Positions 1 to 12,892 of a stretch of 64,000 nt of DNA are shown here, in pieces. Below the pieces are notes generated by a model. That model worked only from the letters and a program-made list of their open reading frames with translations. It was not told the DNA's origin and searched no databases. Numbering within the stretch: the first letter of the stretch is position 1; each line of letters starts with the position of its first letter. Made by a program: the position numbers and the translations under genes. Source of the DNA: Saccostrea echinata (Eukaryota); assembly GCF_033153115.1 (NCBI RefSeq), contig NW_026889785.1:6386001-6450000 (forward strand). Reading direction: 5' to 3'.

Positions 1-287
1 TGCGGGGTCATGATTTGAATAAACTTGAATCTTCACTACCTGAGGATGTTTCCACTTAAGTTTCATCTTTCCTGACCCAGTTGCTTCTTGAGAAGAAGAT
101 TTATAAAAGATGCAATTAATTTTTAACTAATTATCTCCCCTTTGAAAAAAGGCATGACCCTTCATTTGCACAAACTTGAATCAAAAATTTGAAAAGTTTA
201 CAGACAGACAGCTAACAGAAAGACGGACACCGGACAAAATGTGATCAGAAAAGCTCACTTGAGCCTTGAGCTCAGGTGAGCTTAAAA
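1..287 (-). mobile_element. Non-autonomous Helentron-associated element (HINE) end with a partial Cg170-like satellite unit
   Basis: aaacttgaatcttcactacctgaggatg is the reverse complement of the 30.6-31.4 kb satellite motif. It is followed by a (CAGA)n tract and a terminal hairpin agctcacttgagc...gctcaggtgagct abutting an A-run. Confidence 0.75.
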
Positions 288-719
288 GGGGTTGCAAATG
301 TAAGAATTGATAATTTACTTAAATATTTACCATGTGTTTACTGGTACTTGAAAATGTGCTAATTGTGTTGCAAGAATAATTTTTTACTCAAGTTACCCAT
401 TGAAAAATGCTGCTTAATTTAAACCCTTTATCAATGTTTATACTCACTTAGCTATACTTCATACGTATAGGTAATGTTAACTTACGATGGAATAGAATTA
501 GAAACAACTAAATGCTGACAAAATGTCAGATATACTCAAGTTGTACATGAAGTCAACTAACAAGTGTCATAAATATCCTAAAATGAAAAAAGGTAAGGTT
601 ATTGAGTTTCAACAACTTCTTTTGAGTAAAATACATGTACTAGAAAGCCAAATACACATATAGTGGCTTTAACACAGTTTTCACTTGTGAGAAAATATAA
701 GGAATAGTTTAGAAAATAT

Positions 720-1052
720 TTATTATGCCCCCGCCATAAGATGGCTAGGGGCATATAGTGTTACCCTGTTCCGTCATTCTATCATCATTGACTTTCCATT
801 CATTATCTCGGCAACACTTGCACACATTCAACTCAAATTTTACAAATGGATACGTCATAGGAATACCCAGGTCAAGTTTGAATTGGTCATGGTTCGAGGA
901 TTTTTGACAGAGTTATCCCCATTGATCTTTGAAAAGATTTCAAAATACATAATTTCTCATCATTATCTCGGCTACAAACGTATAATATTAATTTGCAATT
1001 TGAAATTTGGGCTGCCTGCGGGGGTATTCATGGCATTAAGACACATCTAGTT
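720..1052 (+). mobile_element. HINE/DINE-like non-autonomous Helentron
   Basis: Starts in a T-run with hairpin tatgcccc...ggggcata and ends gcgggggtattc...acacatctagtt. Same layout as the element at 56713-57843. Confidence 0.6.
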
Positions 1053-4000
1053 TATCTTTATACTTCATACATAACTAAAAATATCAATAACATTCTAATG
1101 CAACAGTTTTGTAAAATGCATTTTGATTGGCTATTGCACAGATGTTTGAGGCAGTTTAACATGCATTAATGAGATTCAAAGTTTATTTTTATTATAGAAC
1201 AAAGCAAAACATGCTTCATGACATATTTCATATGACAAAATTCAAGAAAATAAGAAATCCAACAAAAAAAGGATTAATTGCATTAGAATGAAAATAACTA
1301 TGATCCCATTTGTTATTGAAACTGTTAATCTTATTTAAGAGATGCAAACATACATTTTAATGACTCCGCTTATGTATCGCCGGTAAAACTCAGTTTGCGA
1401 CCATTAAATCTACATTAACAGTAGCAATTCATAAAAGAAAAAACAGTTATTCCCCAATTTATTTACCTAATTTTAAAAAGTGAATTGTATTCATTATTTA
1501 ATTTAACAAATACCACTCATTTTCAGGAATATCTGATGAAGCATAGTGGTGGTAGCTTCTATAGAACCCCACTGATTTAAGCCAACTGAATGTTAAATTT
1601 TTTTTGTAAATGAATGTATTTAACACTACATGTATTTCTTTGTATTTCCTATAAAACATTGCAAAATTTGACTTGTAACACCAGCAACAAGAACTGATGG
1701 TTAGATTTTCTGTAGGGCTCAAGTACATAGAAACCCACACCAAGAAAATTCGTAAAATCTATGAAAACAGACACATCAAGTCCCAGACCTTATGGGTTCA
1801 GGCATTTGTTTCTGTAATAAATTTTTACCCCATGGTGTTCTCAATATATTATCTGGTAAAAAATTTGTTACAGAAACAAGTGTCGAAAACAGCCCAGGAT
1901 ATTAATACATATTATAACAGAACAATATCAGCTAGGGAATGATTCTAACATTTTAACCAAAATTGTTGTTACACTGAATCAGAGTAATCACCCAAAGTTC
2001 AACACCAACATTAATTTTTTAGGCATTAGTCTGGTCAGACTAGTGCTCCCTTACTTTTCTAGTCCGCATACAATTTTACGAGTCCATCAAAAAATGGAAA
2101 CATCAATGTTTTTTAATGCTTAATTTGAAAATAAACATTTCAGTGTAATTTTTTAAACCTGTGTGAAATGAACAAAGCAGTTACCACTTACTAGTGAAGT
2201 GTTTTCTTCCACAGATTCTTCCAAATCTCGCGAGCAGGAAATACGATTGTATTCCTGATCTTGTTCTTTTTCTCTATACATTTACATCCACAATATCTTT
2301 CTTAATTGTGTCATATGAAATCATAATCACTAAAACATTTAATTTCATATCAATCAGCTGTAAAATTAAGTGTTAAATTGACTCGGAATTACATATACTT
2401 AACTGCCTGCCAAGAAGCTAGATGCTGGATTTCTAGTAAAACTTGTCAATAATCAGACCTGAGTAATTTATTCATATTGTTTTCCTGAAATTTTTTTTGG
2501 TCCGTTGGGACTAATTAGCCACAGATTTTATTAGTCCGCATGAATATGCATTTGTCTGAAACTAATGGACTAATATAAGTGTTGAGCCCTGCCGACAAAG
2601 GGTTAACCTGTGTCACCTTTCAGGAGCAGCCAATGAACTCGTCCATTGATGGTTTACATTATTCCTACACATCCAAAAATGCAAACTCTCTGTAGAAATA
2701 CTGTTGCGACTGTGGAGCATCACTCATTATTCCTTCGTCATAAAATAGAATTTCGAAATTAACACTTAGTTTATTTGATATATACAGACATTTTCATAAT
2801 AAGCCTCAGTTTTATTTCTAGTAAAAATGTTTTTATTTACCTAAGCATATAGTTTTAGGTGTTACGACCAAGTAAACCATTGATTTATAATCATTTTAGA
2901 TAAATCAAACCATTCCGTAACTGATCGAGTAATAAAAATTTTCAAAGTACTAAAGACTGAATCAAAGATGAGAAAAAAAATTAATTTAAAAATACAGAAA
3001 ACACATAAACAGGGTCAGGGTGTGAAATGGTACTTATCATTGACTAGTCCAAGTTGTTCATTAACGCAAGTCATGCTTGCAGGACATTTTTTGAAATATG
3101 TGTGACTAGTAAAGGCACCATCGATGTCGCTCATTGTGACTTAATTTTTTTTTCTTCAAGTACTGACAAATATTTCCTTAATAATTTTGTAGACAATGAT
3201 AATGCACAAAATTTATTTTAGTGGCTGATTAAAATGAAACCTGCATGTCCTATAATTTACAAGAGGTATGCAAAATTACTGGGTTTTGACAAAATCTGAG
3301 CAACATGAGCAATAAACAATTTTTTTTAGTACAATACCTGAGATGGGCAAGGATAACTAAAATTCAACAACAATATACAATAACATATCATGAAAATTAA
3401 GCTGTCCAATAAGTTGATGGACATGATTTCGTATTCATTCATGAATCAATGAGCCGAGGTCTATGCTTAATTTCAATGATACTTTGAACCAATATTTAAC
3501 ACATAATTATTTTGCATTAAACATATGCATTCATATTTCAACTTAAAATTTAAGTCGGGATTCGTATTTAAGCAACGCCGACAGAAAGTCCAGCTTGACC
3601 ATGTTGACAGTCGCACTTCGGCAATATTTTCCCACGCTTGAACTCGGTGCTTTTTTCGCACCCAGAAACTTTCAGTAAACATATATACTGATAAAAAATG
3701 AATTGATATAGGGAAGTTAAAATAATTTCTTACTATATTTTTCAGCAGATTCTATCTTTCATATCTAAGCTTACTTGCTAAGTCCATCACCAACAGCTCG
3801 CACCTGTTTCCAGCAACAGCCATCGAGGAACGTCACGAGGCACGATTTCAAGCGCCGGAAGTACGCAGAGTGACAAGCATACAATGCATATAAATTCCAC
3901 TTACAATGAATATTTCCCCAACTATGCAAGGATATTGTATAAAAACAAATTGAAATTAAATCTTTGAGAAGATTTTAAGCTTCATATTCATTAAATTTCT

Positions 4001-5062
4001 TGTCTTAACGAAGTTTATGAAATTCTACGTCATCTCATGAATAACGGGCGGAGCAAATGTCACAAAATAGGCCCCGCCTCCCTGTAGGCGTACTTAACAG
4101 TGCTGCGCAGGCTGTAATAGGCACTGAATGTCGCGAACAACCTGTCGATTCTAAATCACCTAACAGCTTAACTGAGGCCAAGTCCCTTAAATTTTAATTT
4201 GCATACACAAAATATTTGATATCATAAAGACCAGTACATGTATAATGTTAATTATTGAAATGTGTATGTTACCTACATCAATCGTTTTTAAATATTTATC
4301 TACAATAACAAATGTAGATCAATTTCGTTAAAATTTTTAGCTCTTTTATTTGATCCGCCTGTTCATTTATGACGCATCCGTGTTCGATGTGCACAGGAAA
4401 CGTTTCCTAAATTGTATTGTCGATTTAATTTCCGATCATGAAGAAAAGGAAAATATTTGATTATTTTAAAACAAGAGACTCGGAGGATGGCAGAAAAAGG
4501 TTTGTTTTTTACCTTTACATGTAAGAAATGATATATGCCTGAGTTTTTATTTTTTTTTTTATTAAAACTTAGAAATAAGATACTGTACAACAGAGCAATG
4601 GCCTACAAATGTCGATTTTACAAGTTTCATGAAACTACTCATAAAATCTTGTATGCTTAGAGTTAGATTTTGGCATAGCAATTGCATGGTTACTTTTATA
4701 AAGGAACCTATTGTTATGATTTTACACAAATTAAATTATGACTGTCCGAAGCTTTTACAATTTTCTCGCACATATTATATATAATCAGACGCACATCCTT
4801 TATTCACACACTGATTTTCATGCACACCATTTACTTATATTCGTTTACACAATAATTATGGTCAAATACTACATTGAAAAATCATAACCGATTCAATTCT
4901 TTGACTAAGTAATTCAACAAGTTACATTATTGATTAATTATTAAAGTATTTCCATTCATTACATTTATCAAGAATCAAAGTATTCCGGCGTACATTTGAT
5001 GAACTATTCATTTTCTCGACTTCCAGAAAGAGTCTGAAATCTATATTGACTTTTCATTTCAG

Positions 5063-7794
5063 ACTTTTATGCAAAGGTACAATACACCAGGGCCAGCTTG
5101 AAGGAGGCGGGAAACAGTGTGTTTGTATATCGGTTTATTTTCTTGCTGCTTTACGAATTCCACAGACTTCCTTGGAAATTGATAATCTTTTAAAAGCAGG
5201 GACACATCTGTTTCATAAAATTTCCCAGCAAAACGAATATTTAATGATTACGGATCTTTAGCATGAACTAGTTATAGATGGAATTATACATTCATTATCT
5301 ATCCTCGATCCAAAAGCGGGTTTGATCTCCTACACCAATGATTATCCCGAATCCCTTGCATTCACCCTGGAGTCAGCTATGAGATTAAGCTTTGAAAAGA
5401 CAAATATATGTTTTCTCACAGTTGGAAATTCTCCAAGAAGTACAATTGGAATTCGAAAAGATGGTACTTTGTACACAGTTTTTGATTCTCATAGCAGGGA
5501 CAATGATGGCAGATGTGTTCCAGACGGAAAAGCTGTTGTACTCCAGTTCTCTAACTTATCAGAGTTGATAATCTATGTGAGAGAAATGGCGGGAAGTTTA
5601 AGTCAAATTGATCAACAGTTTGAAATTACCCCAGTCAAGTTTGTCATTGAAGAAGCTAATAGTGAAAGTTTAGACGCTGGCCCTACTAGCCAAAGCACAG
5701 ATACCGAAGATTTGCCTACAACAAATTTTGTAGATAAGCAAACAGAATATACTCAAGACGACTCTATCATTCAGACACAAGAAATATCTGTTGTCTTACA
5801 AACACAAGACGTCGCTGTTGAAGAAACAGAAAACACTTCTGTTATGAGGACTCTGGAAGAACCTTTAGATGTATCACATGTACAGTCTTCTGATTCCCAA
5901 ACTCAACACGCTCCTGTGGCACAGACACGAAATGTCTCTTTGGAACAAATGCAAAGTAATGTATCAGAGGATTGTTCAGATATTTACTTGCCGGACATAA
6001 GTTTGTGTAACCATAAAGCCAATGATCAGATGAAGTTTTTCTTTATTGACAAGCGTATCCCTGAACGCAATTTCAAGTTCCCGTCGAAACTCTACAAGGA
6101 TAAAAGGAAAGCAACCGGGGAAATAAAACGACACTGTCAGCGAGAGTGGTTTAATATTTTCAGTTTTATAGGCTATTCTAAACTACAGGATGGCATTTTC
6201 TGCATTGCTTGTCGTTTTTTTCCGGACAGTTCTCATCGATGTGGAAAGAAATTTATAACGGAAGCGTACAGAAACTGGAAGGATGCGAAAGAGGATTTAA
6301 AGAACCATGCTGTAACTGAATATCACTTGTCATCAATGGCTAGAATGAGAGCTTTCGTAGATACATACCAAGCTCCTTCAAAACGTGTTGATGCTTCACT
6401 AGACGTATGCGCTGCTGAAAGAATAAAACAGAATCGGAAAATTCTAAAGTCGATTACAAAATCACTGATCTTTTGTGGTCGACGCGGAATCGCTTTACTT
6501 GGTCACAGAGATGACGACACAGAAAAATCCACTGATTACAACCATGGAAATTTTAAAGAACTTTTAGACTTTCGAATAGACTCTGGGGATCACATTTTAG
6601 CAGAACATTTTGCAAATTGTAAAAAAAAAATACACCTCTAAAACATGCCCAAATGAATTACTGGGGTGTATTAAGAGTTATATCCAAAATGAAATTGTGA
6701 AAGAAATAAAACAACAGCCATTTGGACCACACTATGGACTACAATGTGATGAGGTAACTGACATAAGTATCTGGGAACAACTGGGAATCGTCTTGCGTTA
6801 TACACGTGACAATAACCCTGTGGAACGATTATTTGAATTTGTGCAATGTGAAGGCACAAGTGGGTTAGAAATTTGTGACAATGTCATTAAATCACTTTCA
6901 TCTGCTGGCATTGATGTGAAATGCTGCCGTTCTCAAACAATGGATGGGGCAGCAAACATGTCCGGAAAATACAATGGTTTTGTTGCAAAATTCCAAGAAG
7001 TTTCTCCAAAGGCAACATATCACTACTGCAGTAACCACGATTTGAATCTAGTCCTCTGCAAGAGTTGTCAGGTGCGGGAAGTGCATGTGATGTTGGATGC
7101 ATTGAAGCAACTTGGAATTTTTTTTCATTACTCCCCGAAGAGGAGCAGGCGTCTCGAACAAGCTATAAAGGAAGGCCATCAAAAGATGCCATTACAAAAT
7201 CAAAAATGAAAATATTTTGTGAAACTCAATGGGTGGAGAAAATAACAACACTGCAGGATTTTGAAGACCTATATGAAGCTTTACTTACCTGTTTGGATGC
7301 CATTGGGTTTTCTGAACGCGGATGGGATGGCAAAGCGGTTACAGAGGCATATGGACTTATGAAGCGCATAACAGATTGCACATTTATTGTCAGTTTCCAA
7401 ACAGTATTGCATTTTTTTGGATATTTTATGGGACTTAGTAAGAAACTACAGGGAACTGAAATGGACGTTATTCAAGCTTACAACATGGTAGAACTTGTAA
7501 AGGAAACCTAAAATTTGCAAGAACCAATGAAGCTTATTACAATATCATATATACAAAGTCAGAAAAAATGGCAAGATAAGCTGACATTACAATAGAAATT
7601 CCTAGAAGATGTGGTAGACAAACTAACAGAAGTAATATCGAAGCAGAAGTTCTATGGGAGAGGAAAGATTAAATGCACTTCTTCTTCTTTATGTATGCCA
7701 GGACATCAACATTGAAGTCGAATCCGTCGTTGAAATGTATGCCAGGCAGCAGCCACGAAGAATGCTTCTTATCAATCCTCTAGCAGAGAAATAA
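5063..7794 (+). pseudogene. hAT-superfamily transposase (ZMYM1/THAP12-like: TTF zinc finger, DUF4371, RNase H, hATC) with N-terminal VTD/herpes-tegument-like cysteine protease; disrupted
   Basis: Motifs FCIACRFF..WK..H..TEYH, GHRDD..GNFKELL, CDEVTD..EQLGIVLRY, QTMDGAANMSG, YCSNHDLNL, CETQWVE and C-terminal MGEERLNALLLLYV..PRRM. Splice acceptor ttttcatttcag ends at 5062. In-frame TAG at 5259, frameshifts at ~6625 (poly-A) and ~7190, stop at 7509, internal deletion at ~7650. Confidence 0.9.
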
Positions 7795-8139
7795 CTATGC
7801 AGATTTTTTAAAAATTAATTATTTTATTCTTATGTGATTTAAGCAATAAACTACAATTCAAGACCCCTGCCTCCTTTACTTAATTACTTGTTCTACCTAT
7901 TAATGCTAATAAGACTATTTACATGTTGCTTAACTGAATCATTATTTAGTTGCTTACTTTGATAAGCAGATACCATATTACGTGTAACTGGCTAAAAATC
8001 AGAACCAACACTTTAAAGCATTAGCGTCAGACTGTTGATCAAACATTAAACATTAAAAATCCGTAATTTATTTTTTTTTTTATGGAAAAAATATGAAAAG
8101 AAAAATGTCTACACAGTAGACCTCATTTTTACCCTACAA

Positions 8140-8294
8140 AATCTCTAGAATCCAGGAGCTTCCGGGGGCTTTGCCCACTGGACCCCCACCAGAGCTTCGC
8201 CCTGGACCCACTGGGGGCCTCAAGGCTGCCCACAGACCCCCTGCCTACTTTGTGCGCCCCCCCCCCCCAACTTCAAATCCTGGATCCGCGCCTG
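8140..8294 (+). mobile_element. Probable right end of the hAT element (GC-rich subterminal repeats plus TIR)
   Basis: Repeated tggaccc motifs ending cctggatccgcgcctg (reverse complement CAGGCGCGGATCCAGG, a typical animal hAT terminus). No matching left TIR found. Confidence 0.6.
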
Positions 8295-8353
8295 AAACCT
8301 CTCAGTAAATGGCTTCTTGTAAAACGTTTTAAAGACCGAGACAAGTTATCTAC

Positions 8354-9529
8354 ACCTGAATATGGGGAACACTTCTAGTATACCGGTCCCTATAAATATG
8401 GCGCTAAAATAGGTGCCGCCGAAGGCGGTGTACAATATAATAGGATCGCGTAAGCGATCGACAAAATCGATAAAAAAGGCCACAAATCGCAAAATTGAGC
8501 CAAAAATCGTGTTCCTTGTGAAAAATTGGGTTTAAACTGGTTTTTAAACACAGTCTTTTAAATGAGAATTAAAAGGTTTTGTAAAATAACGTACTTGTTT
8601 AGTAGATAAAACTCCATTTTGCGTTGTTTAGGACTGTGGTCACATGATCAGCTTTTGACGTAATCTCATAAATATTCATGACGTGCGTCACTTGTGTTTT
8701 GACGTAATGAAGACTTATGAAGAAGTAGCTGATAGGACTCAAAGTGAAATGCTACTAAAATTGCAAGATTTTTGTGAGAAATGCAGGGATTTAACAAGTG
8801 ATAACTAATTACTAGTAATTGGTTGATTGAATTGTGCATCACCATTGATTTGAAAGAAAAAATATTCTGAATATGGACATTAGGAGGTTAGGATATCGAG
8901 CTAAGTAAACGGTAAGTCGCTTTTACCAATTACTTGCCAAAACTTAGCGCACAATATCGGGCACGTTTCAACATTAGACCAAGGCTAATTCATCCAAGTT
9001 TCGCAAAACTTTCCTGTTCTTTGTAAGCAAAAATTGCATGAATAACTTCAATAAGCCCAAATTGATATAGATGCGAGAATGGGTGAATGTAAAACAGTTA
9101 CAATATCCGAGCTTTATATACTCTAACCCTAATCCGTAGATCGCATACAATGCCATATTTAATTAACGGTTTGTTTAAGTTTTGCATGTTTCATGCTTTA
9201 CTCCTATAAGATGGTATATCGGCACGGTTCGACATTAGGCTGATTCATGCAAGTTTTTGGTCACAAAAGGCACTTGGCAGTGCCTTTTGTGAGCAAAAAT
9301 TACATGAATTAGCCCAAAGTCAGGAAGATTTAAGAGTGGATTTATAAAACAGTTCCAATCTTAAAACAATATACCCTAACCCTATTCACTCGATCGAATG
9401 CGTTTTGTTGAAGCGAGGGGAAAATGGCGGTTTGTTTACATTCTGCATAGCAACGGCAATGGAAATAACTGCTCATGCGCAATCGCGTGATTCTGGGGAC
9501 CGGCACACTAGAAACTTCCCGAATATGGT
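8354..9529. mobile_element. Unclassified non-autonomous element with imperfect ~35-bp inverted ends
   Basis: ttctagtataccggtccc (8373-8390) is inverted relative to gggaccggcacactagaa (~9496-9513). Contains an internal duplicated ~110-bp unit (~8955 and ~9218). Confidence 0.45.
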
Positions 9530-9849
9530 AAAACTAGATCTCATACGTTCTCACACACAAGAAAAACGATATAACATTCAATATTTTGCTGTTGATATTT
9601 ATTAAATACATCATCAATATTATTTATAATACTGATCACTATCAATATGACGATCTTGAAAGACTTAGTACCTATAACCTGTGTGCCAAGTTGTATTGAA
9701 ATCAAACCAAAGTTGTTGGAGGAGTAGCATTTTGAAAATATTTCAAAGACATTTCTATTTTTAGTAACCGTTCATCGAAATCAGAAACCGATACACAGAA
9801 TTATGTATTTTTAAGGAATGATGCATTATCCATATATATCGTCAACAGA

Positions 9850-10236
9850 GCCCCGCCCTAGCACCAGAACCCCTGACCCTGGGGCCAAGAATTTCACAAT
9901 TTTGGTAGAGGGCCCAGTGCTTATTATAATCATGCCAACAGTTTGACTGCTTGATGTCTAAGACATAGAAGATGATTTTAAAGATTACATTAATTTTGAT
10001 GGTTTTGGCCCCACCCCTCAGGCCCCAGGGAGGCAGGGGACACGAATTTCACAATTTTTGTTCCCCTTCACCGACAGATGCCAAATGCCAAAATTGGTTG
10101 AAATTGGTTCTTTTGTTCCAGAGAGGAAGCTGAAAATGTTCAAAAGTTCACGACCGATGCTCGGCGGACATCGCACGACGACGGACGAAAAAGAGATAGG
10201 AATAGGTCACCAGAGTAACTCAGGTGACCTAAAAAA
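9850..10236 (-). mobile_element. HINE-type element (same family as 28791-28995, opposite orientation)
   Basis: Terminal hairpin aggtcaccagagtaactcaggtgacct plus A-run and gacgacggacg tract; reverse complement matches 28791-28995. Confidence 0.7.
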
Positions 10237-10671
10237 TCATGCAACTTATTGTCAACATTTCTCAATCTATAGTGTAAATTGTATTTTCTCTGATTTATTC
10301 TTTATATTTGTTATACGTCAATTTCTTTTTATATTTCTTTAAATAAAATGGCTACCACCATCTGATTTCATTAAATGGCTATCATCATCTGATTAGATCA
10401 TCTTTTCCTCACTGCTCGGTTAAGGCCCAACGATAAAGATTAACGTTAAGGATAAATTCAGGGTGTAAGGTTGAGGTTAACGGTTATAAGCTAAAATTTT
10501 ATATGAAGGTGTCGGATTATATTTGTTGTATAGGGATTAAAATTTCAGTTAACGTGTTAGGTTACAGGTTTATTTTTTTTATTGTTTATCTAGTAATTTA
10601 CAATCGTTTATTTTTTTTTCCTTAAGAGGGGGAGGGGGGGGGCACAGATTATCTGAATTAGCTTGTTTGAT

Positions 10672-10807
10672 CTGGCTCCGGGGCCATAAAACTTAGACAA
10701 GCTGACCTTTGATCTCAGTCTCACCTTAACAAAAGGGATATATAGAGGAAAAAAATGAGACTGTAATCAAACATGAGCTCATCCAAGTTTTATGGCCCCG
10801 GGGCCAG
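10672..10807. mobile_element. 136-bp fold-back MITE
   Basis: 23-bp TIR ctggctccggggccataaaactt / aagttttatggccccggggccag (1 mismatch), plus inner inverted pair ttgatctcagtctca / tgagactgtaatcaa. Confidence 0.75.
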
Positions 10808-10908
10808 GGCTTTTGGCTCAGATGAGCTAACAGGAGGGGATGGATGAGGAGCACCGCAATTATGACTTATTCAGTCATTACCTTTTGTGGGGGTGTATTT
10901 TGTTTCTT

Positions 10909-10939
<31 letters not shown>

Positions 10940-11332
10940 TTTTCATGTTTTTACATACATGCATAGAAGTGTTAATCCTTTAAAGATATATTAAACTTTA
11001 CTTTCAGAATATTAAAGCGTACGTCCTGGAGACCCCAGAACCACGGACTAATAACTCCCGCTATTCGGCCTGGGGAAAAACTTTTTTTCCAGGCTGTAGT
11101 TGAAGGGGAAATTACCACTATTTCAACTTTCCAGAAAGACCTGAGTCTTAAACTAAAGGAGAAGACATGAGTAAAAATACTTAAAGCTGCTGTAACCCCA
11201 CAGTACGGCGTTGAAATTAAAAGTGATAGTATTGTACGTAGTTTTTTTTCAAACCAGTTCACTTTATGTTACATTTTTAATTTTGTTCAATTTAATGGCT
11301 TATATTTAACCACTTGTAAATCCAATAAACCA

Positions 11333-11335
<3 letters not shown>

Positions 11336-11392
<57 letters not shown>

Positions 11393-11410
11393 TAGATAGA
11401 TAGATAGATA
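11336..11410. repeat. (TA)n followed by (GATA)n microsatellite
   Basis: Directly visible. Confidence 0.95.
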
Positions 11411-11747
11411 TTCTCCATTAAACTACCAAAAACTCAACTCATATGTTTCCTCGAAGTATGAGGCTACCACAAACACTAAGATAGTCCGTTTCTTTGAAGT
11501 TTCTGTTTCAATGACAAATATTAAAACTTAATTTATATCTTTAAGGTATAACTCACAGTTTCGGCATACCTTATAGAGAAATAACTTGGTAAAATTTATC
11601 TTTATTTCTTTAAATGAAAGAAATCTCTTATAGTAGGGTACAGGAACCTTAATTGATTATATTTTGAAATCCCCCTTGATGAATGAGTAAATAAGAAATG
11701 TTTGGTTAAACCTTTTGTTGTATTTGCGAGAGAATTACCATGTCTTT

Positions 11748-11977
11748 CATGGCCGTAGGAACCGGGGGGGGGGGGGGCGCCCCCCCCCCCAATAATGTTG
11801 CCGATATATAGATTACTATACTAAACATAGATACTATATGCTTTTGCCCCCTCAATAAAATCGCCTGATGACTTTTTGCTTGCCAGAAAATTTTTGGTAG
11901 TGCCCCCTCGACTGTCAACTGAAAAATGTTTGGCTGTGCCCCCCCCCCCCAAACTGAAATTGCTACCTACGGACCTG
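11748..11977. mobile_element. hAT-like MITE; partial second copy at ~30463-30580
   Basis: Ends catggccgtagg / cctacggacctg, internal G- and C-runs, flanked by direct repeat tcttt. Confidence 0.7.
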
Positions 11978-12419
11978 TCTTTCTGTTCTTTTTCATCTCA
12001 TCTCTTAGGTACACTGCTCTTGTTTGGCGTACTTGGTCCTTAAGTATTAATAAAATCAGTGAGCAACTAATAACCAAGACATGTGGCTTTTTACAGTTCC
12101 AGTTGTATACTGTAATATTTCTACTAGTAAATAATTTGGTTACTTGGAAATTTCAAGTTTTGGTCAAGAATCCGCTATTGTGGATATTTCCAACTAGCTT
12201 TGCCTCTTTCTGGGTATGCTTTCTATAAACTAGATGTTTATGGACCTGATATTTTTTCATCAATTTGTTCTTCAATAACTTATTGTTCATACGTGAAGCA
12301 TTCTGGGTATGCCTTCGACATAAAGCTCTACATCTGAAAAGAAATGCCTGATGACAAAGTAAAATAGATTAGTAAAATACTTTGAAGGACATATATATAG
12401 TAGTAGTTCTTTATACTAT

Positions 12420-12892
12420 TTGGACTTGATATTTTTTTCATCAATTTGTTTTTCAATAACTTATTGTCCATACGTGAAGCATTCTCAACTAAGAGATATA
12501 AACCCCGTATGCAGGTCACGAAGGTATATTGATGCATAAGTAAGGGAAGTTGACGATTGAAAAGTTTAAAGTGATCACGTTTATCACAAAGCTTGGTTGT
12601 TAGATTATCATTAACGTCTTTTTCTGGTAAAATATCCAAATATGATAAGATCTATCAGATTCTGTGGTATCTTTTATTTCGAGCAAACCGCGATATATAT
12701 CGTATCGTTATAAGAATGGAAATAATAATTGTTAATTGACAATACGTCGTCGATGTATCTTTAATGTCGAGTTGAAGGTCACAACAAGATTTTTCTTCAT
12801 TTTACGTACAGGATTTTGAACAAATTCTGCTTCATATGAATACAAAAATAGGTCTGCTTAAAACGGGGAAAATTGATACCCATTGGAATTTT
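12420..12892 (-). pseudogene. Penelope-like element reverse transcriptase fragment
   Basis: Frameshifted IPMG..LADLFLYSYEAEFVQ, RYIDDVLSIN, LTTKLCDKRD..NFSIVNFP. 12240-12305 is a duplicate of 12420-12485. Confidence 0.8.

Noticed and set aside
5063-5660. Endogenous herpesvirus as the source of the tegument-like domains
   Set aside because: No capsid, terminase, polymerase or other viral gene nearby; both domains are fused to transposon proteins.
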